This document shows positions 35,101 through 49,252 of a stretch of DNA of 64,000 bases, piece after piece. Origin of the DNA: Vicugna vicugna (lineage: Eukaryota); assembly GCA_013265495.1 (NCBI GenBank), contig MU058781.1, positions 3,597,050 to 3,661,049 on the forward strand, given 5' to 3'. The position numbers and the translations under genes are program-made. Below the pieces are notes generated by a model. The model saw nothing but the letters and a program-made list of their open reading frames with translations, made no database searches and was not told where the DNA came from. How positions within the stretch are numbered: the stretch's first letter is position 1; each line of letters starts with the position of its first letter.

Positions 35101-38100
35101 TTTAAGAAGAAGTAACCTATGAAATAAAAACTGCTTTCTAGATGTATTTTCCTCTTTTCTTACATTCAAAAATAAAGGGAAAAAAACCAGGTAAATGTTT
35201 AAATGAACTAACAGTTCTGGTCACATGCTCAGAAATTTCTTGTATCTCTAATTCCAACTCTGAGGAAATGAACTAGGTACTAGTTCATCTAACTAGTTGC
35301 TAGTCCTCTGAAATACTAAAAATAATAGTTGACTCAGCTAGGTGGTATAGCAACAGATTTCTTATCTGTGCCACTCACCAGCCTAAGAGAAACTCAAGTG
35401 CTCTTTAAATCACCATCACCAAATTCATGGCTCTTGGAGGGTGGGAACGGGGGTAAAGTAAGTACACAGGGGCTTGGGCATCACAAGTTTACGGGGAAAA
35501 TACAGAACTTTTCTTCTTGATGCGTGAAAATCCTCAGGGCACTTGGCCTCTTCATGCCCGTGATGTCTCTGGGATAATGCTCTTCTGAGTAACTTTCTGC
35601 TGCCTCAGTGAGCCTGTGAAGGCTTGGGGGGCAGATGGTATAATTGCTCCATAAATAAACAGAAAGTAGGTATGGTGCTTTTTCCGGACGGATCAATAAG
35701 TACATAGGAAACCTATTTAGCATCCCAAATCATTAACACACTGCTTACATACACAGATTAGCACACCAGGAAAATAACCCTTGTAACAGTCTGGCAGAAA
35801 GTAAACACTGCTGGGGAGAGGATGACGTGGACTTTGCAATTCAAATTAAGAGCCATTTCTGGTTTAAAGGGTTAAGCACATAAGATAATATATGCTCCAT
35901 TTCAAACAAGGCTCTCCTATTTTTCAGTTGAGGCAACATACAGAATCCAAAAATCAATCACTTGAACTATATGTATCTGGGCAGTGATACCATAATGTAG
36001 GCTCTAGCCCTGTAGTTATATGGTCCAAAGGGCTGAGAGACCCAGTGCTTGTTCTCAGGTAGAGGTAATTGGGGGCTAAGTGTGGTCTGGGGTCACTCAA
36101 GTGCAACGGGAGGAGAAGGAAACCAAGGCCACTCATTCATTCATTCATTCACCCAGGGATGATAGTAAAATTATTTAACATCTGGTATATTATGGGCACC
36201 AACCAATCCAAACAAACGCCAGTACCCTAGAGCAGGGTCTTGGAGGCCCCCTGCTGGATCAACCATCAACATGTTAGTTGCTGGGTCACGGTCAAGCACA
36301 GGAGACTGGGGGAGAGGTCAGGGCACTGGGGTGGCAGGAAGCACTCAAAGCTCAGGGCTGCCGCTAAGCATTTCCACAAGCTGTACAACCACACCAGACA
36401 GGCACTGCCCTGCAGCCCTACATCCAATGAGGGTCATTTCCTGCCTGCTCTGCATGGGTCCCTGGGTTGCTTACTGGGAATAAAAGAGCTAAAAGATGTC
36501 ATCATGTTCATCAGGAAGCTCGTGGCCTTGGGCATCAGAAAGAAGCAAACAGGTACGTGCCATGTACTATGTGAGAAGCAAAAACCACGTGGGAGGGGGC
36601 GGGGCAGAGGAGGGGGTGGTGGCCGGGGAGGAGAAAGGAATAGGCGATGCTGTTTGCCTCAGTGAAAGGACATGGAGATTCCCTTCTGTATCCGTGGAGG
36701 GACAGCCCACGTGGGAGCAGGAGCAGCAGGCCTGATTCTCCCAGAATTCCCTTTCCCTTTGGAGTCTCTCACCAGCTATTGTTACCACCACCACAACCCA
36801 GCTGTCCTCCCCACCCCCCGTCGCCCCTCACCTCCAGACCCCCAGGCCACCAGTACACGCCTTTTATTTCTCCTCTTCACACACAGCTAGGACATGACTA
36901 CAAGTTTTCAATGAAACTTTGCGGAGGGCCAGGAGCTAAACGATATCAGGTATATATCACGAAACTTGGGCACATGGCTTACAGACTAGAACATAGTTAT
37001 CTTTAGCCCACAGAGCTTGCCCACCCTTACCATTTCATGGTACGCAGATCAACAGTATTTGACAGTCCGTTGAGGTAAACCAAGGAAGGCCTCACACAGT
37101 GGGGGTGACCTGTCTGTGGGCCCACAGGTCCCTTGGGGGAAGAGAGACCATCTCTGAAGCAGAACTTTAACTCACTGGCGGCTGCTGGCCCTCTGCCCGT
37201 GGGTTGAGAAGCTTGCTTGTGCCCCAACTAGAAGAACACTGTCTAGCAGTGGAGTGGTGCTCACGAGTGTGCAAAGTCATAGAGAGATAACAGGCAGATA
37301 AAGGCTACTGAAGAGCACAGATAAGAGAAGCCTGGCTATGAGAGTCCAAACCAAGAAAGGGGAAGAGAAGTCAAAAGAAAGTTTCTGGTGATGAATTTCT
37401 GGGGACAAGTCTACCAGCTGAAAGATGGAACCAGCCCCACAAGGACACACATGGAACTACAGGAAGGCCTGGGTATAGGACGGAGACCTTCCCCAGCTAG
37501 AACACCAACCCCTAGGCCAAGCTAAATGAATATTCGATTCACTTCACCCACTCTGATCTAATCGGATCACATCCCAAGTTAAGGAACCCCATCAGGCAAC
37601 AGAAAAGAAGAAGTATCTGAAAGAAGAAGGACTTGATTAACCAGCAGATCCTAGCTGTGCTGGGTGAACAGAAACTACTTCTGCATCAACCAGCCGGGGC
37701 CCTAGGAGTGGGTCACGGGGCAGTGACACAGCTGACACCCACTTCGTCCTAACCTGCTCTGGCATTTCCAAGGGCAGGAGGTTAAATGTAATGCAGCCTG
37801 GAGGGCAGAGAAGGGGTTGGCTTTTCCAGGACTAGGTGATGATTTTGGGAGCCATAATTAATTTCAAACACTGTTTGAAGGCACCAGAATTTCTAACCAA
37901 ATTCTGGTTCCTTTATGAAATGAGACTTGCGTTCATGGAAGTCATAGGACAGGCAAGGTGTCGATGGCAGCATCTGTGTAAGTTACCAGGATGTGCTCCT
38001 GCCAGGTTCGTGGACCAATGACCAGTGAGCACCTGCTAAAGGCAAAGGCTTATCCCAGTGCTGGCTCTGCCATGCTATTCAAGACTCTCCTGCGGTAGAA

Positions 38101-39884
38101 GCACCAGTTTCACTTTTAATTAGTTGGCGGTTCACCTGCTCAGCACTTCTTCCTTCTACGGATCACTTTCATTTTTAGTCACTTTCAGCTTGCAAAAGAC
38201 TGCTTGGGCCAAGTGCCAAGTAGGTGACCTGTCTCTTCTTGCCTTCCTTGCAGAAACATAAACGAGGGCACAGTCTTTATTTGATGTTGAAAAGAGTCAG
38301 TAGAATAGTTCAGAGCAGCAGCAGAAGCATCTTAGCATCTGTCCAGCACAGAGAGGGGAAACGCTGACTAGAATGGAGACAGGTGAGAAGTCAAATGGAA
38401 GTCACAGCATTTATGTAGAACTCTCAGTAGAGATATGAGTGTGGGACTTTTATGGCAACAGCTGGGAGGGCAACTTGAAAGCCAAGCTTTGGAAACAGAG
38501 GCTTGGGGTAGAGCCCTGGGGATGGAAGGATGAAGTAAGAGGTTTCTAAAGCCAGCTATACCACCTACGAGTGGGCAGCAGGTGACAAGAATTGAGAAGC
38601 CCTCTGCTGTGGCCTCTGATTCTCAGATCAGCTTCCCTACCCAAAGTTCCGCTTAGCAGAGCAGCAGACAGCAGCCCTATTCTACCAGCCGGAGGGTGAG
38701 AGAGTGGACAAGAGAAAGAACCTAAAGCCATTCTCCACCTCTACGGTCAGTTACTGTTGGCTACTCTGAACGGAAGTCTCCTTCTCTGAAGAGTGAGAGG
38801 ATTGTGTTAGTAAGTGATCAAAGTCCCACCCAGTTTTCATAAACCAGTGTCCATTGTCTGGTATCCATTCATTCCATGATCAGTTCATCTCTGTCAGGTA
38901 CTGCGCTGGACTGTTTCAGAAGTTCCACAGGGGAAAGGAGGAGAGAAACTGAAAAGGAACTGATCCAAAAGAGTTTTTAATGTACACACAAGTAAGCAGA
39001 CTGGTACACTACAGACCAGTCCAGGTCTGGATCTAGAAGACAGAAGGCCGCCTTTACTTTTTTTCCCTGTGACTCCCTTTTAACCACAGCATATTTTTTA
39101 AAATAATACCTGTGAATAGGTTTTGTGGTTAAAATAGAACACTCCTTGGAAACTGGCTCCAAAGTTCGGTAAACAGGGTTTTCTCTGTGAACAATGTAAG
39201 CACTTATTACTATGTTTATTGTGTGAAGCCCTAATACCCAAATATGCCCCTGCGGGACACTATGCCAACCCCGTTAACATTCATAAGATGCTAAGGACAC
39301 AAGGGCTTTGGAAGGAAAACTTGGGTGGTTCGTTTCAATCCTGCAAGAACTCAGATAGTTACGCTTAGCAGGAGCACATAGCTCACCAGTAAGCAAACTG
39401 AAATACATGAAAAACATTTTTTATCATTTTGAGGACTTGAAAATTTTCTATTCATATATTTGTGTTCCAATTCCATGTCAAGATTGTGCCAAGATTCAGA
39501 GAGCCATATTGCACTAGAAAAGAGTTAAGCTCTCTAAAGGTGAATCACTTTTTTCTTCTTGGCTAATAAAGAAATTGATATTTTTAATGAACTATAAGTA
39601 AACTGCGGTTTAGCTGCAAAGAGAGCTATGAGAATCTTTAACTACTCTATAATCAGGAGATGCACTGATTTAATTATTTTTGTTCTAAACTAAACTGTTT
39701 TACTGATGTTCATTCGGAGTATTCCAAATGATTCAAATACACAATTAAGTATTTTATAATGGAGGCCACCTTCCAATTAGGTGAAGCAACAGGGATAAGA
39801 TTTGGGGGGAAAAGAATATATTTTCTCAGATTTAGATCACTCTCCTAAAACATTAAAAACTTTCAAGATTTAGAATTTTTTTAC

Positions 39885-40500
39885 TTTAAAAAGCTTTATT
39901 AAAAAGTTCATTCATCAAAAGTGGGTAGTGAATTCTCACAAGGTGCTTGTATCTGTGTAACAGCTCCCAGACCATTAAGTAGAGCATTACCAGCACCCCA
40001 GGAAGGCCCCTCTAACCCCCTCATCGCTATCCCCTCCCCAACTCCCCAAAGTTAGCCACCGTTCTCACCTCTAACAACAAACCTTAGTTTCGCTAGTTTT
40101 AAAATTTCTGATATAAATGAAATAATAAAATATATATTCTTTTTTGGATGACTTTCTTGATTCCACATGGTGTCTTGGAGAGTCACCTGGGGTGTTATGC
40201 AAAGCCATGGTTCATTCATTTGATTTCTGTCTGATACTAACACTCCATTGTTATGACAATTCAACAACTTACTCACTCACGCTACTGTTCATGAATATTT
40301 GGGTTTGCTTACAATCTGGAGTTGTTAGAAATCGTGCTGGTATGAACATTCTGGTACATGCCTTTTAATGTGTAACTCTGTATGGATTTCTGTTGGGTAG
40401 ACACCCAAGAATGAAACTGTGGGGTCATAGGTTATGTGAAGAATGTTCAATTTAGAGAAACAGTGCCAAACAGTTTTACAAAGTGGTTGTAAAGTTTCTT
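39885..40500 (-). mobile_element. Ancient L1M fragment
   Basis: agcattaccagcaccccagga..., gctggtatgaacattctggtacatg...tatggatttctgttgggtagacacccaagaatgaaactgtggggtcatagg, the antisense of the L1 ORF2 end. Confidence 0.85.
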
Positions 40501-41314
40501 TTATTCTTGGCACTCACTCTTTTTCTATTTCTGGCAACAGAAAGTAGAGTGAGTAGGATTTTTAATGTCTTACAGTTTTCTTAGAACAAAACATCTTTTT
40601 ATAAACACTGTTTGAATGAGTAAAGCTTTAAGTAATTAAGGGTTTAGAGATGAAATTTATTTCTAAACTACAATTTTTTTTAAAGTGAAAAGTGCTTGGG
40701 GCAAAATACATTTGGGATTTCCTTGTTGCCAAAATATCTGAAAAGTAATTCCAGCTGCTGGGCTCAAATAATCCACAGCTGGGCTGGCGAGCCTCTGACC
40801 TGATACTATCCTGGGGCTTTCAATAAAATGAACAAACAAAACACAGAGAGAAGCTAAGGATCCCCCAGTATAAGAGCAATGTCACTCCCAAGAACTTACG
40901 CAAATAAGCAAGCGTTTTCAACATAGCCATAGTGCCACCAAAAAGTGGGCATCTTTGAAGATTGAAAAAGAAGTTTCTAAGTTTGGAAAATTCCTTCTCC
41001 CTGATATGGAAGACAGGCAGAAACCAATATCTGTAGTTGGAAAGAGAAGTTTTTCAAAGGACACTGCAATGCCCATCGGGCTATCCCCTACCAACTTCAT
41101 TCAGTGTAGAGCTGTTTTCCTTCACAGTGAGAAGTCTGTGATTCTCTCTCCAGCTCTCTGTGAGCAAATGGGCTCGCCAGCGCCCCCTAGGTTCTGTAAC
41201 CAATTTCTTGCCAAGATCAACAAGGTTCCAGCGAAAGAAATTAACATTTTTGTGTGTACAAGTTCATAAAGGCCAAATAGCCAGTTAACTAAAAATTGTT
41301 TTTAAGAGTTTGTG

Positions 41315-41680
41315 ATTAAACTGGATAAATAAATTTCAGTACATTCACACAATGGAATGCTACATAGCAACAAGAATGAACCAACTCCCAATTACAAGGA
41401 GCAATATAGGCAAGCCTCAGGGACATCATGTGGTGTGAAAAGAAGTCAGACGCAAAAGTTCAGAAATGGGCAAATCTAATTTATGGTGACAGAAATGAGA
41501 ATAACGTGCCGGTGGTGGGGACTGCCTGGCAGGGGGCACAGGGGGCTTCTCATGTGCTGGTCTTGTTCTATCTCAATCTGAGGATTGGTTATACAGGTGT
41601 GTTCATTTTGTAAAAGCTTAACAAGATATGTACTTATGATGTGTGCGTTTTTCTGTTGTGCTTGTTGCATTTCAGTATTT
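41315..41680 (+). mobile_element. Ancient L1M 3' fragment
   Basis: tggataaataaatt...acattcacacaatggaatgctacatagcaa...aatctaatttatggtgacagaaat...ggttatacaggtgtgttcattttgtaaaa. Confidence 0.75.
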
Positions 41681-42883
41681 TTTTTTCATGTAAGGTTGCT
41701 ATTGAGAGAAAACCTTAACTGTGATTCTTTTTTTTTTTAACAGTCCAGCAGCTTAGAATAATGTTAAATAGCTCACTCCCTGCTCAGGAGCACAAAACCT
41801 TCCCAAATCTTCAGTAATGATTATCACTTTATAATGATCACTTTATGGAATAACAGCTACATATTAAGCTTTGTATAAGGTCTTATACATACATTATCTC
41901 CAGTCTTCAAACAAATATTCAAAATAGGTAACATTGTCCCCAGAGCACAGATAAGAAAACAAAGTTCAGAGACATTGAACTATTGAGACATTGAACCATT
42001 TCCCCAGGTCACACAGCTAGTCAGCCCCGGAGCCAGATCTGAGTGCTGCCACCTTCCTCATCATCCAATCCTTTGGGATGTTCACCCGGCTTACCTCTGC
42101 TGCAGGGTAGAGGAAGTGGGACCTGGAGCAAAATTAGGATGCGCTGAGTGGTAGAGGTTTGCCCACCTGTGAGCTCACGAAGGGGCCACATCAGACAGTG
42201 TCCAGGAGGTAAATTCAATCAGGGTCACTTTAGCAATTGAACCCTGATGAATCACAATTACCTACCCAGGTGCTGTTATCACAGCTTGAAGCATCCACTC
42301 ATCCTCTCCAAATGGAGCACACACATCTCCTCCTCCATGAAGCCTTCCCAGATACACGAGGCCACAGGGCTCTCACTTTTTCATCTTGGGGAATCCTTCC
42401 ACGTAAACGGATTATTTCATCATCACAGTAAGTCGCCAGTTAGTGCTCTCCCTTTTCCTCAAAGGGGGAAACCGAGGTTTAGAGAGGTTAAGTGGTTTCT
42501 CAAGTTCAAAACACTAGAAAGAATTCAAGCAGGGCTTCAAAGTCGGGATCGAAATCTCCTAACCCACCCCCCCCGACCTAAACCCCTCCTCCGTCACCTC
42601 ATCACTCCCTGGGGGATGCGTCTTTGGATTCATCACACGTTCTTGTAATCAATGACTTCTTTGCTTGTCTTCCTGACTAGAAAGTGAAGAGAACTTGAAG
42701 AAGTTTGTTTGATTGTACGTCCCCAGTCCTTAGCAAAGTACCTGATTAATAGGGATGACTCAATGCATACTAATCCTGTACCCCTCGGCGTTACTAGCTG
42801 TGTGCCCATGGGTGGAACACGCAATCTCTCTCAGTTTCCATATTTGTTAAAAGGATGTAAAAATCGTCCCTGTTTCAGACGGT

Positions 42884-43150
42884 TGTACTCTTAGCTCAGG
42901 CTACTTTAACATAGACTGGTTGGCTTAAACAATAAACACTTGCTTCTTGCTGTTCTGGCGGTGGGAAGTCCAGGATAAGGTGCCGGCAGATTTGGCACCT
43001 GGTGAGATCCTATGGAGGCGGCTGCACCCACCCTCATGATGTCTCTAAACCTAACTACCTCCCCATGGCTCTATCTCCTAATACCATCACCTTGGGGGTT
43101 AGCACTTCAACGTCTGAGTTTGCGGTGGACACAAATGTTCAGTCCATAAT
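42884..43150 (-). mobile_element. MaLR LTR (MLT1A-like, internally deleted), inserted in a MIR
   Basis: tcttagctcaggct...atagactggttggcttaaacaat...gggaagtccaggataaggtgccggcagatttgg...ctcctaataccatcaccttgggggttag...cacaaatgttcagtccata. Confidence 0.8.
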
Positions 43151-44799
43151 CACTGTTCTGAGAACTAAATGAATTGAAACATGTTAAGCACTCTGAGCAA
43201 TACCTGGTACAGAGTAAAGATAGACATATCTAGTACAAGGTGATATTAGCCAAGTTACTGGGCAGCTTACAATCAAAACCATTGTGGGAATACAATGGAT
43301 AGGACTCTCCCCTATTCTTGGACGTGCGCTAGATGCCAGGTACTGTGATCTGCATGTACATTCACCACCTCAACACTGTGTAGCAGGGATATTATCACCT
43401 CTGTTTTACAGATGACAAAGAAGCTTAGGCAAGAACACTCACCCGAAGGCACCCAGACAATCAGTGTGCAGCAGGGATGTGAACCCAGGTGTGCCTGACT
43501 TTGTGGTCCATGCTCTTAAACAATGGGCTGTCGTAAGGCTGATGGGGGCACCTGGAGATAGCTTCAAGGATGCGAGAAGATGTGAGATGAATCTTGAAAA
43601 ATAATTTGGATTTTTAGAAGTGAAAATGGTTGTAGCCCTCACTTTGGCACTTACTGAAGTGCAGCATTGTGTTCTGGCTAATTGCTTTGGCTGGGTCCAA
43701 CTCAGCCACTCGGCACTACGCACATTTGTTGTGGTGGCTTTCCTGTGCAGAATAGGGTGTTTAGCAGCATCTTTGACCTTTAACTACTAGACCCTAACTA
43801 GATTTAGTTACTGGTGTTGGTGATTGGCACCTACCGTTGTGCTGGGTCCTGGGATGGACCCAGAAGATGCAAAGGTAAGCGCAGCAGAGATGGTCCTTAT
43901 CTCTCAACCCCAATCTAATTATTACACGAATAAATGTTTAATTACAAACTGTGACAGGTGTTAGGAAGGAAAGGCGCTGCGAACCACAAGAGCACATAAC
44001 AGAAGGACGTCACCTAGGCTGAGGGCTGGAGAAGCTTTCCCTGAGAAGGTGATAATTGAGCTGAGATCTTAAAAATGAATAGAAGGTAATTATGTTTGTG
44101 TGTGTTGAGGTGGTAGATGGCTCCAGGCTGATGAAGCAGCAGGGCCGAGTCTCTGAGGCAGAACCATGGAGGCATGAGGTTGAAGAATGAGGGTCACAGA
44201 ATGTACATTGAGCCCTATGAGTTGGGGGTTGGGGAGGACAGGTTAAAGTGATTAAAATAAAAGAAAATAAGCTAATGCTCCATTCATTGTTCTTGATGGT
44301 GAAAGGTTCCCTTCCCAAGAGGACAAAAATAAGTTACTGCATCAAAGAGAGAGGTAGGCTGGCTTTGCAGGCAGGGCTTCCAGAGTTTGAGAATGTTCAG
44401 CAATTCAGTTTTTTCAGTTCATCCAATCAAATTCAGGGATTGAGTCACATTGACCAAAGTCACGGAAAACAGATGTGTAAATCAAAACACCTATATAGAA
44501 TATTGCCATAAGACATGCAACCTCCTAGCAAATTGAAATATTCATGTCTATTGCTCTCCCTTCCCTGTAAAGTGATCCAAGGGGAAGGCAAATGCCCATC
44601 AGGTTAACGCGTGAGGAGGAACTGGAACAAAGCCTACTGGTGAAATAATCCAGCTGACCATTTAATGCACCATTCTCCACCAGAGCTGAGCACATCTCCT
44701 GAGTCCCGAATCGGAACACAGGGCTCAACAAAGAACTCCAACCTGACTGATGAGTGTCATTCATGTAGTTAGCTGTCTCTGTTGGGTTTTACTAATTAG

Positions 44800-45130
44800 A
44801 CAATAATATTGTATGATTAAGTCATTGTATAATGTTGAATTATTACATAATAATATAAAATTAATTATATAATAATTATATAATTATAATTATATTACAT
44901 AATAATTATATTACATAATTTTATAATTAATATTATAATAATCGATAATATATAATTATTGTTAAATATATTACATAGTAAATATTACATAATTATATTG
45001 ATGTAATTAATATATTAATTACAATATTATATAATCATATAGTTGAATAATATTTTATATATTGAATGAGCCACTATTACTAGAAAGAATTAAATAACAT
45101 GAAAAGAAATACAATCAATATTAATTCAAT
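44800..45130. repeat. AT-rich low-complexity tract (degenerate TAA/TATAAT repeats)
   Basis: Direct reading; almost entirely A/T over about 300 bp. Confidence 0.9.
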
Positions 45131-47082
45131 ATTTGTGGCATCATTTTTTAAAACCTTTAGCTATCCAAGTTGATAGTTTGATTTTCCACTAATAATTATT
45201 TTCTAGTAATACTCAAGTTTTCTCAATTATTATTTTTTCTTTTAATTAAAAAGTCTCTTAAAGAGTCTGAGGAACTTAAAAAATTGTTACAGTTTCATTC
45301 ATTATTGAAAGTATTTTCAACTTAATGTTATTCATCAGACATGGAAACAATGACAATTCAGTGGCAATGAGCAACTCTCTGCACCACATGTGGTTTCTTC
45401 TGCAAACCATTTCTCCCTAAGAGAAACCAGGGCTCCTTGGAGAAACAGCTGCTTCAAGACATGAGGCAGGAATTTTTCAAGATGAGGCTGGGGCATGCTG
45501 TTACACCTGACATCAAAACCACGATCGAAGACCCCTGGGGCCATGGCAAAAGAATATTGAAACTTACTAGAAGGAACTCTCTCTGGCCATAACTGGGTCA
45601 ATCTGAAGACCAAAAGAAGGTAATAATCATAACAGATTGAAATGCATCAAATACGTAAAAATCCAAGAGCTCATACAACAATAATTTAAAAACAAATCAG
45701 TGATCTCCTTTGAAGGTTCTTAGGGCACCAAATCCCTGCCATGCTGAGTGGTTTATTTTAAGAGAGAAAGAGAGAGGTTTATTTAGAGAAAGTGACTCAT
45801 ATAATCTTGCAGGATGGTAAGTCCAAAATCTGCAGAGTTGGCTGGCAGGCTGGAAGAAGACCATCAATTCAAGTCCAAAGGCAGTCTGCTGGCAGATTCC
45901 CACCTTAATCTTGGATTCACCCTCCACAGCTGTGAAAAACAAACATTTGTTACTTAAGCCACTAAGATATTTTCTTATGGCAGCCTGAGAAAACTAACAT
46001 AGTGGCCCAGCCAAATTGCCATGTAAAATTAACCATCATACAAGCATTTATCTGATCTAGAGTTTGCTTTAAACTACTCCAAAAAGGTTGTTTTTTTTTT
46101 TCAATTTAAAAAACAATCCCAGGGAGGGTAGATGAAATACGTTTGACAAAATGTTGGTAATTGTTAAAACTGGGGGATGGATAAGTGGAATTTCATTATA
46201 TGATTATCTGAAATGTTCTATCATGAGCCATTTCAAAGAAATATTCATGAGACTATGGTGTTCCAACCCAATAATGACAGGAAGAATTCGTGCACCCTCT
46301 TTCTACTTTGGAAGATGGATGTTTTAATAATGAAATTCTTTAAGTACTTTTGTCCAGCTCCGAGCTGTAGCTTCCTTTTTCCTATTCAGCCAGCAAATTC
46401 TCATTAAGATATGACTCAAGGACGTGGAGTTCATTGAAATGATCATCATATCACATGGTGTGAAGAACACTGTCAAAAAATTCCCTGTCTCCAGCCAAGC
46501 ATGTCATTCAGGGTTTCCTGAAACTGAAAGCACAGTGGCTGATGAGGGTTTTTGAGATTTGCCTCCCAAAGATCTAGATAATGTACCGCATTAGCATATA
46601 AATCCCTGTAACAAGATTCAAAATGCATTAAATACCATTGTTTTGCTTCTCTAGTTCTCATACTTTGCCTGGGAAAAGCTTCGACGATTTTCTATTAAAA
46701 TTGTATTTAAATGCAAATATTTGCATATAGCTTCCTATTACTGCATTTCTGTTTTAGCTAAGGGATGCTGAGTGGTGCCACCTGTTTAAAAAAAAAAAAA
46801 ACCGGAACCAAAGTTGTTTTTTGGGATCTTTGATTTTTTTTTTCCTTAAGAATAACAGGAGACTTTTCACCTGATAATAAATGCACTCTCGAAGGCTGAA
46901 GAATTTTGATTAAGATTAGGCTTTTTCAGAAACCTCATACTGTATATTGGAATCTGCAAACCAAAAAATGACTAAAATTTTTCGGTACAGGCAGAACTGG
47001 GTAAGAGAACTTGTCGAAGTGGACAGAAAGAACAGCTCCGTCCCTCAAATATCTCATCAGTGGGGCCCAAGCAGGCTCGAAG

Positions 47083-47630
47083 CGAGACAGGAGGGAAGGG
47101 GGCAGGGCACAACCATGACAAGGTTGACACAGCCATTGAGGATATGACAAAAACTGGTTGGAACCAACTAGGCTCAAGATGGTGGAAGATTCGACTTCCA
47201 GGAGACCTTGAGCCTCATTACACGCTCATTGTAACACATTAGCACGCTAAATGACACACCGCAGGTGCCATGACAGTTCCGAGGCTGATCATAAAAGGCC
47301 AAAAAGTGGATTGTGGCCCAATTCCTGGAAATCCTGTTCCTTCCCCCAAATAGTGAGAATAACCCTCCCACTTGTTAGAGCATGAAATTAACCCAGCCCA
47401 TAAAACCTAAGCACCCCCAACACCTCCTCGGGCCTCCCCCTTCTGAGACTAGCCGCGTTCTGCCTATGGCATGTTTAACTCTCTAAAAAATGCTTTCATT
47501 TTACTATGGTTCACTCTTGAATTCTTTCCTGTGGAAACCAAGGAACCCTCACTGGGTGGGGCGCATCCCAGGGATTCCCCCGAGACCTGGGACATGACCA
47601 CCCTCTTGTGACGCTCATTCTCCTGCAGCT
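47083..47630 (+). mobile_element. ERV1 solo LTR, MER41-like
   Basis: caagatggtggaag...ctcattacacgctcattgtaacacattagcacgctaaatgacac...gccatgacagtt resembles the MER41 core; 3' ttgaattctttcctgtggaaaccaaggaaccct; 4-bp flanking repeat gaag at 47079-47082 and 47631-47634. Confidence 0.75.
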
Positions 47631-48673
47631 GAAGGACAGGATTCAGCATAATTGTTTCTAAATGAAAGTGGAAATCAGGTTTTTAGGGGAGTCTTCGGTG
47701 GGAAATCCTGATCAGTATATTGAGAGCCTTGTCAACTGGGTGCCCTGATTTGATGTTTCAATCCATGATTCCAGGCCTCTGATGGTCCTTTTCTGTTCTG
47801 AGAGATGTGGGTTGGGCAAGGTGAGAGCCAAGCTTCCTTTGCAATGCCGGGTCCCACGTCAGTCTGTCTGGCTGCCGGTGTGGGGAGGGCGGCCGGCGCT
47901 AGCACTCTGAGTCTTCCAGCCTGAGAGCAGCGAATCCCAAATAGTGTGGACCCCCCAGGGATAAGCGACAGGCAAGGCAGACGGGACAGGCAGTGCCTGC
48001 AGGTGTCTCTGCCAACTGAATAGAACAAACACAAGCCCTCTGGGAAGGGGGAGTGGGTCAGTCTGTCAATGTCTGAATATACCCAAGCAGGGACAGAGAC
48101 AAGGCAGTCAAACAATAGTCCAGAGATAAAGCAGGGTGGCCACCACTGCAGGGCAGCCAAGTGAAAGTCACAGAAGAGTGTGTTTGCTGGAAAAAGAGGA
48201 CAATGGGCAAGGGAAGGAGAGCCTGGAGATGGAGAAATTTGGGTCCTTCAAAGGCTGGCACAGTAGTCCTTAGGAGACAGGTGCTGGGAGAGCCTCGGAA
48301 ATAGCCTCTGGGTCACTGCCAGGGGAGCATTTGCGTCAGGCCGGCTGTGAGCCCTGGGAGTCCGCTGGGCCTCGGGCAGGGCTGTAAGGAGCTGCAGGAT
48401 CACAGGGGAGTCACACGGGCTCTGGCAACGTTGAGCCAGCAGGATATTCCAGAAACCACCTAAACTGGGAGCCCTGCGCATGTTACATGGGGATGGTCAG
48501 GGTCCAGAGTTGGGGGGATTTACCTGAAACAAAGTAACGGCAACCATCATTCTGCACTTTTTTTTTTTTTTTTTTTTTTTTACCAGAAAAGCCCTTGGAC
48601 AAGGAGAGGGCCGCTCTGGGGAGGAGGGAGGAGGATGCATCCCACAGGCAGCATCCAAAACACTGGCTGGTCT

Positions 48674-49252
48674 TGTCACCTGAAAACTAGGTTCACCTCT
48701 GCAGTCAAGCCAAAGAGCAAGCGAAGGAAGGAGTTATTATTACCTGCAGCAAGTACGGAGATCACCAAGGACCTCTCCCAAAGCAGTGTCTCCTGGAACA
48801 GCAAAATGGGGACGTTTTAAGCTAAGGGCACATGTATATTCATTAAGGGGATGGAGCAGGGGAGAATTCAGCACAGAATTGGGGCAAAGGCCGACAGAGT
48901 CCAAGCTTTAGTTGGTTGAAGTCAGGAGGGTCAACATCATCATTTTCTCCTCCACCTGAGCGGGGGCTGTGGTTCCTGCAGAATGTGTCCCTCAAAGACA
49001 CGTCATTAGGTGTATCCCCTGAGGAGGAACCAGGACTCTGCTTTATCTCTGCACTATTGTCTGACTGCCTTTTCCCTGTTTCCATATGCCTCTTTTTTCC
49101 TTAAGATTGTTCATTACTGGGACCTATTCAAGGGCAAGCATGTGGCCAGGCTTAGGTCACAAAATGGCTTAGATCAAAAATGGCTTCTCTTATGTCAAGG
49201 TAGCCATTCCTGGTTCTCTTTCTCTGGGGAACCCCTAACCTATCTGCTTATA
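48674..49252 (-). mobile_element. ERV1-type solo LTR (family not determined)
   Basis: Starts tgtcacc, has ttattattacctgcagcaagt and agcagtgtctcc near that end, gaggaggaaccaggactctgc internally, and ends ctgcttata. About 580 bp. Confidence 0.65.
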
